Origin: an uncultured Eubacteriales bacterium
Lineage (GTDB): Bacteria; Bacillota; Clostridia; Oscillospirales; CAJFTT01
Reading direction: 5' to 3'
Assembly: GCA_964426175.1 (NCBI GenBank)
Contig: CAYRPK010000002.1
Coordinates: 4,560 to 39,134, forward strand
Length of the DNA stretch: 34,575 nucleotides
Position 1 is the first letter of the stretch, and each line of letters begins with the position of its first letter. Below are positions 8,692-17,061 of the stretch, piece by piece. A program made the translations under genes and the position numbers. The notes under the pieces are model-generated. The model saw nothing but the letters and a program-made list of their open reading frames with translations, was not told the DNA's origin and searched no databases.

Positions 8692-10044
8692 TTATTCCGC
8701 ACCCGTCTCAGCGGTAATAACATCGCAAACCTCTTTACCTACCGCATTAATAAACTCTTCGTCCTTACCTTCAAGCATAACTCTGATTAATGGCTCTGTT
8801 CCCGAAGGACGTACTACTATTCTGCCGTCAGCGCCTAATTTTTCAGTAGCGGCATCAATGGCGGCTTTAACAGTCTCACTTTCCTTATATGCTGCCTTCT
8901 GCTCAGGAGTAGCACGGAGATTTATCATTATCTGAGGATAGGTTTCCATGATGGTGGCAAGCTCGCTTGCTTTTTTGCCCGAAGCCTTGAGTGCGGAAAT
9001 AAGCTGAACGCCTGAGGTCTGACCGTCACCGGTAGTAGCAAAATCAAGGAATATGATATGTCCGGACTGCTCGCCGCCGATAGAATAACCGTTTTTGAGC
9101 ATTTCCTCCAAAACATATCTGTCACCAACACCTGTTACTGCAACGTTGATGCCTTCATTTTTGGCAAATGCGTAAAATCCCATGTTAGACATGCTTGTAA
9201 CAACAGCGGTATTTCCGGAAAGTCTGCCCTTCTCTTTGAGCATGCGCGAGAAAATAGCGATGATCTTATCGCCATCAATAAGCTCTCCGTTTTCATCAAT
9301 AGCAAGACAACGATCTGCGTCACCGTCAAAGGCAACGCCAATATCACACTTTAAACGCTTAACGGTTTCGATAAGTGCTTCAAGATGAGTTGAGCCGCAA
9401 TTGTCATTAATGTTGATTCCGTCGGGCGAAGCATTAATGACAGTAAAATCTGCATTGAGCTTTTTGAAAAGCTTTTCTGCCGTAACGGATGCCGAACCGT
9501 TTGCACAATCAAGCGCAATCTTAAGACCGCTTAAGTCTCCGTCAACATTTTTTACGATATGGTCGATATAGAGGTCAACTGCCTCAAAATTATATTTAAC
9601 ACTTCCGAGCTCTGCACCTGAAATGGGTTCTGCTGCAGGAACTTCACCTAAAATTATAGCTTCGATTTCCTCTTCCACAGCATCCGCAAGTTTATAGCCC
9701 TCGGAATTGAAAAGCTTGATTCCGTTATATTCAAAAGGGTTATGAGATGCGGATATCATAACACCTGCATCTGCTTTTAGCTCGGTTACAAGATATGCAA
9801 CCGCAGGAGTGGGCACAATACCTATAATCTCGGCATCTGCACCGACAGAACAAAGTCCTGCTGCCAATGCGTTTTCAAGCATATCAGAGGAGCGGCGTGT
9901 ATCCTTGCCTATGATTATACGAGGCTTTTTATTGCCTGCCGACAATACCGTTGCCGCGGCACAGCCTATTTTATAGGCCAAGTCGCAAGTCAAATCAATG
10001 TTCGCTACTCCGCGAACGCCATCTGTTCCGAAAAGTCTTCCCAT
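8692..10044 (-). CDS. glmM: Phosphoglucosamine mutase
   Basis: 450 aa. It has the N-terminal FGTDGVRGVAN, the active-site serine loop SASHNPFEYNGIK, the metal-binding DGDADR and GEQSGH. Confidence 0.95.
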   Translation of the reverse strand: MGRLFGTDGVRGVANIDLTCDLAYKIGCAAATVLSAGNKKPRIIIGKDTRRSSDMLENALAAGLCSVGADAEIIGIVPTPAVAYLVTELKADAGVMISASHNPFEYNGIKLFNSEGYKLADAVEEEIEAIILGEVPAAEPISGAELGSVKYNFEAVDLYIDHIVKNVDGDLSGLKIALDCANGSASVTAEKLFKKLNADFTVINASPDGININDNCGSTHLEALIETVKRLKCDIGVAFDGDADRCLAIDENGELIDGDKIIAIFSRMLKEKGRLSGNTAVVTSMSNMGFYAFAKNEGINVAVTGVGDRYVLEEMLKNGYSIGGEQSGHIIFLDFATTGDGQTSGVQLISALKASGKKASELATIMETYPQIMINLRATPEQKAAYKESETVKAAIDAATEKLGADGRIVVRPSGTEPLIRVMLEGKDEEFINAVGKEVCDVITAETGAE

Positions 10045-10062
10045 AATATGTTCCTCCTAAAA

Positions 10063-11121
10063 TTAATCAAAAAGCGGTTGTTGACCGCTGTTTCCACGGT
10101 TTGAGTTACTTGGAAAAGGTATACCTAAATGTTCATATGCAAGAGCGGTTACACATCTTCCTCTGGGGGTGCGGGTCAAAAATCCTATTTGCATAAGATA
10201 AGGCTCATAAACGTCTTCTATAGTAACGCTTTCTTCGCCTATTGCCGCCGCCAATGTTTCTACACCGACGGGACCGCCCGCATAGTTTTTGATGATTGTT
10301 GTAAGCATCTTTCTGTCATTTTTATCAAGACCGAGATGGTCGATATCAAGCCTGTCGAGTGCGGTAGAGGCAATTTCTGCGGTAATAGTTCCGTCGCCCA
10401 GAACCTGCGCAAAATCGCGTACACGCTTTAAAAGCCTGTTTGCAATTCGGGGTGTGCCTCTGCAACGGGTTGCTATTGCCATTGCGCCCTCTTTTGAAAC
10501 GCCGATATTAAGAAGCCCTGCGCTTCGGGATATAATTTGATATAATTCTTCGTGAGTATACAACTCTAATTTGAGCTGTACGCCGAAACGGTCGCGTAAG
10601 GGTGAAGAGATTTGTCCTGCTCTTGTTGTGGCACCTATAAGAGTAAAACGCTGAAGATCGAGATGATATGCGGCGGCGCCCATTCCTTTGCCTGTAACGA
10701 TATCAATAGCAAAATCCTCCATGGCAGGGTAAAGCACCTCTTCGACCGTTCTTGCAAGGCGGTGAATTTCGTCGATGAACAGAATATCACCCGGCTCGAG
10801 CTGAGTCAAAAGAGCCGCAAGGTCACCGGGACGTTCGATGGCGGGACCTGAGGTGACGCGAATTTTAACGCCCATCTCGTTTGCAATAATTCCCGCAAGA
10901 GTGGTTTTACCTAATCCCGGCGGACCGTAAAGAAGTACATGGTCGAGAGATTCGCCGCGCAGCTTTGCTGCCTCAATAAAGATTTTTAAGTTTTCTTTGG
11001 CGTCCTCTTGGCCGATATATTCGTCAATGCGCTGAGGACGGAGAGTGAATTCAACCTCATCATCAATTCCGGAATAATCGGGAGAAACCATTCTTGCCTC
11101 AAAATCAGTTTCCTCGTACAA
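10063..11121 (-). CDS. ruvB: Holliday junction branch migration ATPase RuvB
   Basis: 352 aa with [12 protein letters not shown], Walker [10 protein letters not shown] and Walker [10 protein letters not shown]. The start is TTG, preceded by AAGGAGG. Confidence 0.95.
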   Translation of the reverse strand: MYEETDFEARMVSPDYSGIDDEVEFTLRPQRIDEYIGQEDAKENLKIFIEAAKLRGESLDHVLLYGPPGLGKTTLAGIIANEMGVKIRVTSGPAIERPGDLAALLTQLEPGDILFIDEIHRLARTVEEVLYPAMEDFAIDIVTGKGMGAAAYHLDLQRFTLIGATTRAGQISSPLRDRFGVQLKLELYTHEELYQIISRSAGLLNIGVSKEGAMAIATRCRGTPRIANRLLKRVRDFAQVLGDGTITAEIASTALDRLDIDHLGLDKNDRKMLTTIIKNYAGGPVGVETLAAAIGEESVTIEDVYEPYLMQIGFLTRTPRGRCVTALAYEHLGIPFPSNSNRGNSGQQPLFD

Positions 11122-11140
11122 AACAGAAACCTCCTTAATC

Positions 11141-11743
11141 TTACTTTGAAAGCAGTTTTAAACTGCGGCGTATAATTTCTTCAACGCTTGCTCCGTCAGA
11201 GCATTTTGCGGCGGCGGATGACGCCTCATTCTTAGAAAAACCGAGGGCAGTCAATGCTGAAACAGCTTCTTCGACAGCTGAAATATCTATTACAGATGCG
11301 GCAGAAGCTACGCCCTTACCTAAACTTAAATCGGGAGAGCTGAAGGATAGCTTATCTTTTAACTCGAGTATGATTCTCTGTGCCGTTTTTGAACCGACAC
11401 CCGAAACCTTAGTCAGCATATGTGTGTTACCTGAAGATACCACTGCTGCAAGACTTTGAGGCGACATCTCCGAAAGTATGGCCAGCGCCATTTTAGGGCC
11501 GACACCCGAAACACCGAGTATTTTTTTGAAACATAAAAGCTCATCCTGACTTGCAAAGCCAAAAAGATCAAGAGCATCCTCGCGCACGTTCAGGTGGGTA
11601 TAAAGGGTTACCGTTTCACCGAGTTCACCCAAAGAGCGAAGAGTGTTTGCTGTAGTTAAGCATTTAAAACCGACTCCGCCGCAGTTTATAACTGCAAATC
11701 CCGCTTCGAAGTAATCGTATGTACCCGTAAGACTGTAAAACAT
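11141..11743 (-). CDS. ruvA: Holliday junction DNA-binding protein RuvA
   Basis: 200 aa with helix-hairpin-helix repeats ([36 protein letters not shown]). It sits between ruvC and ruvB. Confidence 0.9.
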   Translation of the reverse strand: MFYSLTGTYDYFEAGFAVINCGGVGFKCLTTANTLRSLGELGETVTLYTHLNVREDALDLFGFASQDELLCFKKILGVSGVGPKMALAILSEMSPQSLAAVVSSGNTHMLTKVSGVGSKTAQRIILELKDKLSFSSPDLSLGKGVASAASVIDISAVEEAVSALTALGFSKNEASSAAAKCSDGASVEEIIRRSLKLLSK

Positions 11744-11757
11744 AAGTTATCTATCCT

Positions 11758-12267
11758 TTAGCGTGTAATATTTTTAATTAGCTGTGCAGCTGCATTACTG
11801 CGCTTCATGTTATAATGACATATCGCAAGGGCAAGACCGTCAGCAGCATCGTCAGGCTTGGGAACTGCTTTAAGTCCGAGTAGCCTCCGCACCATTTCCA
11901 TTACCTGTTGTTTTTCTGCTCTGCCGTAATTACAAACACCCTGCTTTACCTGCAGGGGGGTATATTCAAAGATTGGTATTCCTGCACGTTGGACTGCAAG
12001 CAAAATTACTCCGCGACCTTCACCTACTTCGATGACAGTCTTTGAGTTTGTGTTGAAGAAAAGCTCCTCAATGGCAACGGCATCTATTTTGTATCTTGAT
12101 ATAATTTCAGAAATACCTTCAAAAATAAGGTTCAGACGGTAGGGCATAGGGGTATGGGCAGGGGTTGTGACCGCACCGTAATCGAGCAGAGTGAACTTGT
12201 TTCCTTCAGCCTTTATTACACCCCAACCCACTATAGCATATCCGGGGTCAATTCCGAGAATTATCAC
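11758..12267 (-). CDS. ruvC: Crossover junction endodeoxyribonuclease RuvC
   Basis: It has the ILGIDPG catalytic-Asp motif, AIEELFF and a C-terminal DAADGLALAICH. The ORF-track TTG at 12288 lacks a Shine-Dalgarno (SD) sequence. GTG at 12267, preceded by GAGGTGA (12279-12273), gives the typical (M)IILGIDPG N-terminus. Confidence 0.9.
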   Translation of the reverse strand: MIILGIDPGYAIVGWGVIKAEGNKFTLLDYGAVTTPAHTPMPYRLNLIFEGISEIISRYKIDAVAIEELFFNTNSKTVIEVGEGRGVILLAVQRAGIPIFEYTPLQVKQGVCNYGRAEKQQVMEMVRRLLGLKAVPKPDDAADGLALAICHYNMKRSNAAAQLIKNITR

Positions 12268-12301
12268 TCTTCTCACCTCAATGCACAAAATAATTCAGAA
12301 T

Positions 12302-12330
12302 ATTATACCACACTTTTCCGCCCATATCAA
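12302..12330 (-). promoter_or_regulatory. Sigma-A-type promoter of the ruvC-led gene string
   Basis: On the minus strand: TTGATA (12330-12325), a 17-nt spacer, then TGgTATAAT (extended -10; TATAAT at 12307-12302). Confidence 0.6.
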
Positions 12331-12384
12331 GTAAAAGCATATATAAAATCAGTATAACTTTTCAGACAAAATTTTAAAAAACAG

Positions 12385-12413
12385 TTGATTTATTGTTGGC
12401 TATATGTTATAAT
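12385..12413 (+). promoter_or_regulatory. Sigma-A-type promoter of the amino-acid ABC importer operon
   Basis: TTGATT (12385-12390), a 17-nt spacer, then TGtTATAAT (extended -10; TATAAT at 12408-12413). It is divergent from the ruvC promoter. Confidence 0.6.
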
Positions 12414-12415
12414 CA

Positions 12416-12445
12416 GTTATCGTTTTAGCAAGATAAAACGATAAC
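12416..12445. promoter_or_regulatory. Perfect 12-bp inverted repeat GTTATCGTTTTA-N6-TAAAACGATAAC at the predicted transcription start (operator candidate or 5' hairpin)
   Basis: Arms at 12416-12427 and 12434-12445 are exact reverse complements. The repeat begins 3 nt after the -10 box. Confidence 0.55.
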
Positions 12446-12472
12446 AAATGAAATTAAGAGAGGTTCTTAGTT

Positions 12473-13261
12473 ATGAAGTTGAAAAGAGTTTTAGCAGCGG
12501 TAATGTGTGTTGCAATGTTTGCGCTTTCTGCAGTCTCCTGCGGACAAGAGAGTACTTCCGATGTGGACTATGTCAAAGAAAAGGGCAAGCTTATCGTTGG
12601 TATGACCGATTTTAAACCTATGGATTATAAAGATGTTAACGGTAATTGGATCGGCTTTGATGCTGATATGGCAAAAAAATATGCTGAAAGCTTAGGTGTT
12701 GAGGTCGAGTTTATCGAAATTACCTGGAGCAATAAGCATATGGAGCTTGAAACAAAGGCCATCGACGTTGTATGGAACGGTATGACTCTCACTGATGAAG
12801 TTAAGGGTCTTATGGGAACCAGTGAGCCTTATTGCATGAATGCTCAGGTAGTTGTTCTCGATTCTTCCATCGCATCTCAGTATACTACTACCGACAGCCT
12901 TAAAAATCTTACCTTTGCTGTTGAAGACGGTTCTGCAGGTGCTAAAGCGCTTGATACCCTTGGTATCAAGTACACAGCAGTTGATACTCAGGCAAAGGCT
13001 CTTACCGAAGTTTCTTCGGGCAGTGTTCAGGCTTGCGTAATCGACCTTCTCATGGCAGGCGCTATGATAGGCGAGGGAACAAGTTATCCGAATCTCGTAA
13101 CCGGTGTTGAACTTGAAAGTGAAGAATACGGCGTCGGCTTCCGTAAGGAAAGTGACCTTATAGCTGACTTCAATACCTTCTGGAAGAAGGCTTATGATGA
13201 TGGTACTGTTATGAAGGTTGCTGAAACCTACGGTATCGCAAAGAACATAATCGAGAAATAA
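12473..13261 (+). CDS. Amino-acid ABC transporter substrate-binding lipoprotein (family 3 SBP)
   Basis: 262 aa. The signal peptide ends in a lipobox, LSAVSCGQ. The layout is family 3 SBP-like (GKLIVGMTDFKPMDY, GFDADMAKK, EITWSNK, DVVWNGMT). Confidence 0.85.
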   Translation: MKLKRVLAAVMCVAMFALSAVSCGQESTSDVDYVKEKGKLIVGMTDFKPMDYKDVNGNWIGFDADMAKKYAESLGVEVEFIEITWSNKHMELETKAIDVVWNGMTLTDEVKGLMGTSEPYCMNAQVVVLDSSIASQYTTTDSLKNLTFAVEDGSAGAKALDTLGIKYTAVDTQAKALTEVSSGSVQACVIDLLMAGAMIGEGTSYPNLVTGVELESEEYGVGFRKESDLIADFNTFWKKAYDDGTVMKVAETYGIAKNIIEK

Positions 13262-13281
13262 ATTCAAAAAAAAATTAGCCT

Positions 13282-13309
13282 AAGGCAGAGGGCAGAAGCC
13301 CTCTGCCTT
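13282..13309 (+). terminator. GC-rich intercistronic stem-loop (partial terminator or mRNA stabiliser) after the binding-protein gene
   Basis: AAGGCAGAGGGC-agaa-GCCCTCTGCCTT forms a perfect 12-bp stem. It is not followed by a clean U-tract (gaaatgcttta). Confidence 0.5.
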
Positions 13310-13341
13310 GAAATGCTTTATTGGGAGAAAGGTAAAATAAT

Positions 13342-13986
13342 ATGGCGGATTTTTGGACTGTTACACTTTCCCTTTTAGAGGGACTTGTAACTACGGGAAA
13401 GCTTTTTGCATTAACGGTTTTATTTGCCGTACCCTTGGGGCTTATCATATGCTTGGGCTCAATGAGTAAGTATAAGGCTATCAGCGCGCCCGTTAAAGCG
13501 ATAGTCTGGATAGTGCGCGGATCGCCCCTTATGCTTCAGATACTAATAGTATATTACGGTCCCGGACTTATGTTCGGCTGGTCTCTTTTGCCGAGATTTA
13601 CGGCGGCATTGATTACTTTTGTTATAAACTATGCCTGCTATTTTTCGGAGATATATCGTGGTGGAATTCAGTCCGTGCCCCACGGTCAGTACGAAGCAGG
13701 TCAGGTTTTGGGTATGACGAGAAGTCAGATTTTCTTTAAAGTAACACTTTTGCAGCTTGTCAAAAGAATAGTACCTCCCATGGGCAATGAACTTATAACT
13801 CTTGTGAAAGATACCGCGCTTTGCCGTGTTATCGCTGTTTATGAGATTATATGGATGGCGGAGTCTTTTCAGAAAAAGGGTATGATGTGGCCTCTTTTCT
13901 ATACAGCCGTTTTCTATCTTGCTGTTAACGGAATTTTGACGATTGCTTTCGGTAAGATTGAGAAAAAACTCAGCTACTTTAATTGA
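13342..13986 (+). CDS. Amino-acid ABC transporter permease (His/Glu/Gln/Arg/opine family)
   Basis: 214 aa and multi-TM, with the EAA-loop motif YEAGQVLGMTRSQIFFKVTLLQ. Confidence 0.85.
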   Translation: MADFWTVTLSLLEGLVTTGKLFALTVLFAVPLGLIICLGSMSKYKAISAPVKAIVWIVRGSPLMLQILIVYYGPGLMFGWSLLPRFTAALITFVINYACYFSEIYRGGIQSVPHGQYEAGQVLGMTRSQIFFKVTLLQLVKRIVPPMGNELITLVKDTALCRVIAVYEIIWMAESFQKKGMMWPLFYTAVFYLAVNGILTIAFGKIEKKLSYFN

Positions 13987-14002
13987 TTGGAGTGAAAAAA
14001 TT

Positions 14003-14752
14003 ATGCCTATTCTTGAAGTGAAAGACCTTAGGAAAAGCTTTGGTAAAACAGAGGTTTTAAAGGGCATCAGTTTTTCTCTCGAAAAGGGAAAGGTGCTGTC
14101 TATAATCGGCTCGTCAGGCGGAGGTAAGACAACTCTTTTGCGATGCCTTAATTTTCTCGAGCTCGCTGAAACCGGTACTATTTCCGTAAACGGCGAAGAA
14201 GTCTATAACGGTGAAAACCGAAAAACAGATGAAGGGAAACTCCGCCAGAACAGGCTTCATTTCGGACTTGTTTTTCAGCAATTTAATCTGTTTCCGCAGT
14301 ATACTGTACTTAAAAATATTACCTTAGCGCCCACACTTTTAAAGCGTGGCACACCCGAAGAGATAGAAAATAAAGCGCGCGAGCTTATAAACCGCGTCGG
14401 GCTGGAGGAAAAAACGGATTTTTATCCCTGTCAGCTTTCGGGCGGTCAGCAACAACGTGCCGCTATTGCCAGAGCATTGGCGCTTGATCCTGAGATTCTC
14501 TGCTTTGATGAACCTACCTCGGCACTTGACCCCGAGCTTACGGGAGAAGTATTAAAGGTTATGAGAGAGCTTAAAGATCAGGATCGCACTATGATAATAG
14601 TAACTCATGAAATGGACTTTGCAAAAGAGGTTTCGGATGAAGTCATCTTTATTGCAGATGGAATGATTGCCGAGCAGGGTGCTCCTGATGAGGTTTTTGA
14701 AAATCCGAAATCGGAAGCCTTGAGGAAATTCCTTAAAGGTGACTGCGAATAA
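14003..14752 (+). CDS. Amino-acid ABC transporter ATP-binding protein
   Basis: Walker A GSSGGGKTT, signature LSGGQQQR and Walker B ILCFDEPTSALD. The start is taken at ATG 14003 (MPILEVKDL), preceded by GGAGTG. The ORF-track start at 13943 would overlap the permease. Confidence 0.9.
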   Translation: MPILEVKDLRKSFGKTEVLKGISFSLEKGKVLSIIGSSGGGKTTLLRCLNFLELAETGTISVNGEEVYNGENRKTDEGKLRQNRLHFGLVFQQFNLFPQYTVLKNITLAPTLLKRGTPEEIENKARELINRVGLEEKTDFYPCQLSGGQQQRAAIARALALDPEILCFDEPTSALDPELTGEVLKVMRELKDQDRTMIIVTHEMDFAKEVSDEVIFIADGMIAEQGAPDEVFENPKSEALRKFLKGDCE

Positions 14753-14758
14753 TTGTGC

Positions 14759-14787
14759 TTGCAAATCAAAATAAACTGTGGTATTAT
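14759..14787 (+). promoter_or_regulatory. Sigma-A-type promoter of the T-box/cysE-cysS unit
   Basis: TTGCAA (14759-14764), a 17-nt spacer, then TGgTATTAT (14779-14787). Confidence 0.55.
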
Positions 14788-14795
14788 ATTATAAA

Positions 14796-15026
14796 TACGT
14801 AAATGCAGCAGGAGTAAGCGAAGGTAATCGTTAAAGAGAATGGGACGTTTTGGTGTGAGTCCCTAACGGAGAAATCGCCGAATGCGGTTGCAAGATATTC
14901 GTCGCGTACGGGGGAGGAAATGCCTCTGCGTCACCTTGCGTTAAAAGGGGAATGAGTATAATACCGAAGTGGAACCGCGAATAATCGCCTTCGGCTGTTT
15001 TTTGAGCAGCTGAAGGCGTTTTGCAT
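14796..15026 (+). promoter_or_regulatory. T-box riboswitch leader, cysteine-specific
   Basis: Stem I has AGAGA (14835-14839) and the distal GGTGTGAG (14852-14859). The candidate specifier is GAA-UGC-G (UGC at 14883-14885). The antiterminator is CCGAAG [UGGAACC bulge] GCGA-AUAA-UCGC CUUCGG (14964-14994). The competing terminator is GCCTTCGGCTG-N9-CAGCTGAAGGC (14987-15017), followed by GTTTTG. Confidence 0.85.
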
Positions 15027-15053
15027 ATACTGTTTCTGAGGAGATGATAATAA

Positions 15054-15689
15054 ATGTTCGACAGACTCAAAAAGGATATCGCAAGGGTAAAGGAATATGA
15101 CCCTGCGGCAAAAAGCGCTTTTGAGATATACGTTTGCTATCCGGGACTTCATGCGGTAAGAAGTCACCGAAAGGCCCATAAGCTCTATGAAAAAGGGCAT
15201 TTTCTTCTTGCACGTATAATTTCTCAAAGGAGCCGTAAAAAAACGGGTATAGAAATTCATCCCGGCGCAAAGATCGACGAAGGTCTCTTTATCGACCACG
15301 GTGCGGGAATAGTTATAGGCGAAACGACAGTCATTGGAAAAAACTGTGTTATTTATCAGGGAGTAACCCTGGGCGGTACGGGTAAGGAAACAGGTAAACG
15401 TCACCCGACCTTAGGTGATAATGTTATGGTAGGTAGCGGAGCCAGAGTTTTAGGCCCCGTTAATATAGGTAACAACGTGAAAATTGCGGCAGGCGCCGTA
15501 GTTCTACACGATATTCCCGATAACTCTACCGCTGTCGGTGTTCCGGCACGTGTTGTTAAGCGTGACGGAGTAAAGGTCATGCAGGATCTTGACCAAATTC
15601 ATATCCCTGACCCTGTCCAGCAGGAGTTGACCAGACTTGAAAATAAAATTGCGGAATTAGAAAGGAAGATCGGAAATGAAAGTTTATAA
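15054..15689 (+). CDS. cysE: Serine O-acetyltransferase
   Basis: 211 aa with hexapeptide-repeat blocks GIEIHPGAKIDEGLFIDHGAGIVIGETTVIG, GVTLGG and LGDNVMVGSGARVLG. The SD sequence GAGGAGA lies upstream. Confidence 0.92.
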   Translation: MFDRLKKDIARVKEYDPAAKSAFEIYVCYPGLHAVRSHRKAHKLYEKGHFLLARIISQRSRKKTGIEIHPGAKIDEGLFIDHGAGIVIGETTVIGKNCVIYQGVTLGGTGKETGKRHPTLGDNVMVGSGARVLGPVNIGNNVKIAAGAVVLHDIPDNSTAVGVPARVVKRDGVKVMQDLDQIHIPDPVQQELTRLENKIAELERKIGNESL

Positions 15690-17058
15690 TACTTTGACGA
15701 GAAAAAAAGAAGATTTCATCCCAATGGATGCGCAGAATGTAAAAATGTATGCCTGCGGTCCGACTGTATATAATTATATTCATATCGGTAATGCACGTCC
15801 TCTTATCGTATTTGATATGCTTCGCCGCTATATGGAATTTTGCGGTATGAAGGTAAAATTCGTGCAGAATTTTACTGATGTTGATGATAAGATCATACGT
15901 CGTGCTAACGAAGAAGGTATTTCCTCGACTGAGGTTGCAGAGAAATACATAGCCGAATTTAAAAAGGATGCAAAGGGACTTAACGTGCGTGAAGCTACCG
16001 TGCATCCCAAAGCGACCGAGCATATCGAGGATATTAAGGAGATAGTCCAAAAGCTTATTGAAAACGGCTATGCCTATGAGAGTGAAGGAAGCGTTTATTA
16101 TTCGACAAAGAATTTTAAGCCTTACGGAAAGCTTTCGCATCAGCCGCTTGACGAGCTTGAAGCAGGCGCAAGAATAGATATTTCCGAGCATAAAAAGGAT
16201 CCTATGGACTTTGCGCTTTGGAAAGCGGCAAAACCCGATGAGCCCTATTGGGACTCCGCTTGGGGTAAAGGACGTCCCGGCTGGCATATAGAATGCTCGG
16301 CAATGGCAAGAAAGCATCTTGGAGATACTATCGACCTTCATTGCGGCGGTCAGGATCTTATTTTTCCTCATCATGAGAATGAGATCGCACAGTCTGAGGC
16401 GGCAAATTGCTGTGATTTTTCTCGTTATTGGATGCATAACGGCTTTATCAATGTGGATAACGAAAAAATGAGTAAATCCAAGGGCAATTTTTTTACAGTG
16501 CGCGATGTTGCCGAAGAGTTTGGCTATGAGCCTATCCGTTTTATGATGCTGTCGGTTCATTACCGTAGCCCCATGAATTATTCAATTGATGTTATAACTC
16601 AGGCGAAAGCAGCATTGACAAGACTTTATACCTGCCGTGAAAATCTTGAATTTGCACTCAAAAATGCAATCTCCGGCGAAAAAACAGATAAATACGAAAA
16701 GTACATTCCTTTAATTAAAGAACAGCTTGACGACGATTTTAATACGGCAGGTGCAATAGGAGTTCTCTTTGACCTTGTCCGTGATATCAATACCGATGCA
16801 AATACAGGCGCGTCAAAGGAAACTCTCGAAAGTGCAAAGGCAACCTACGATGCACTTTTAGATCTTTTCGGCTTCTGCTACGAAAAAAAGCAAGAGGAAG
16901 ATGAGGACTCTGCCGAGATCGAGGCTATGATCGCAAAACGTACTGAGGCTAAAAAGGCGAAGAACTATGCCGAAGCCGACGCGATACGTGATGAATTAAA
17001 GGCAAAGGGCATCGTTCTTGAAGATACTCCTCAGGGAGTTAAGTGGAAGAGAGTTTAA
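15676..17058 (+). CDS. cysS: Cysteine--tRNA ligase
   Basis: 460 aa with the class I signatures HIGNARP and KMSKSKGN, plus GWHIECS. It overlaps cysE by 14 nt. Confidence 0.95.
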   Translation: MKVYNTLTRKKEDFIPMDAQNVKMYACGPTVYNYIHIGNARPLIVFDMLRRYMEFCGMKVKFVQNFTDVDDKIIRRANEEGISSTEVAEKYIAEFKKDAKGLNVREATVHPKATEHIEDIKEIVQKLIENGYAYESEGSVYYSTKNFKPYGKLSHQPLDELEAGARIDISEHKKDPMDFALWKAAKPDEPYWDSAWGKGRPGWHIECSAMARKHLGDTIDLHCGGQDLIFPHHENEIAQSEAANCCDFSRYWMHNGFINVDNEKMSKSKGNFFTVRDVAEEFGYEPIRFMMLSVHYRSPMNYSIDVITQAKAALTRLYTCRENLEFALKNAISGEKTDKYEKYIPLIKEQLDDDFNTAGAIGVLFDLVRDINTDANTGASKETLESAKATYDALLDLFGFCYEKKQEEDEDSAEIEAMIAKRTEAKKAKNYAEADAIRDELKAKGIVLEDTPQGVKWKRV

Positions 17059-17061
17059 TTA

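Noticed and set aside
13943-14002. Upstream ATG extending the ABC ATPase by 20 residues
   Set aside because: It would overlap the permease by 44 nt. ATG 14003 has a GGAGTG SD sequence and gives the standard MPILEVKDL start.
12692-14067. Minus-strand ORFs of 191 aa (12692-13267) and 174 aa (13543-14067)
   Set aside because: They are antisense to the SBP and permease/ATPase genes of the ABC importer. They have no motifs and no plausible translation signals.
14831-15404. Minus-strand ORFs of 79 aa and 157 aa across the cysE leader
   Set aside because: The region is explained by the T-box leader and the cysE coding sequence on the plus strand.
15577-16560. 327-aa ORF on the minus strand
   Set aside because: It is antisense to cysS and the 3' end of cysE, both of which have unmistakable signatures. 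Its translation is Cys/Phe/Ile/Lys-rich with no recognisable domain.
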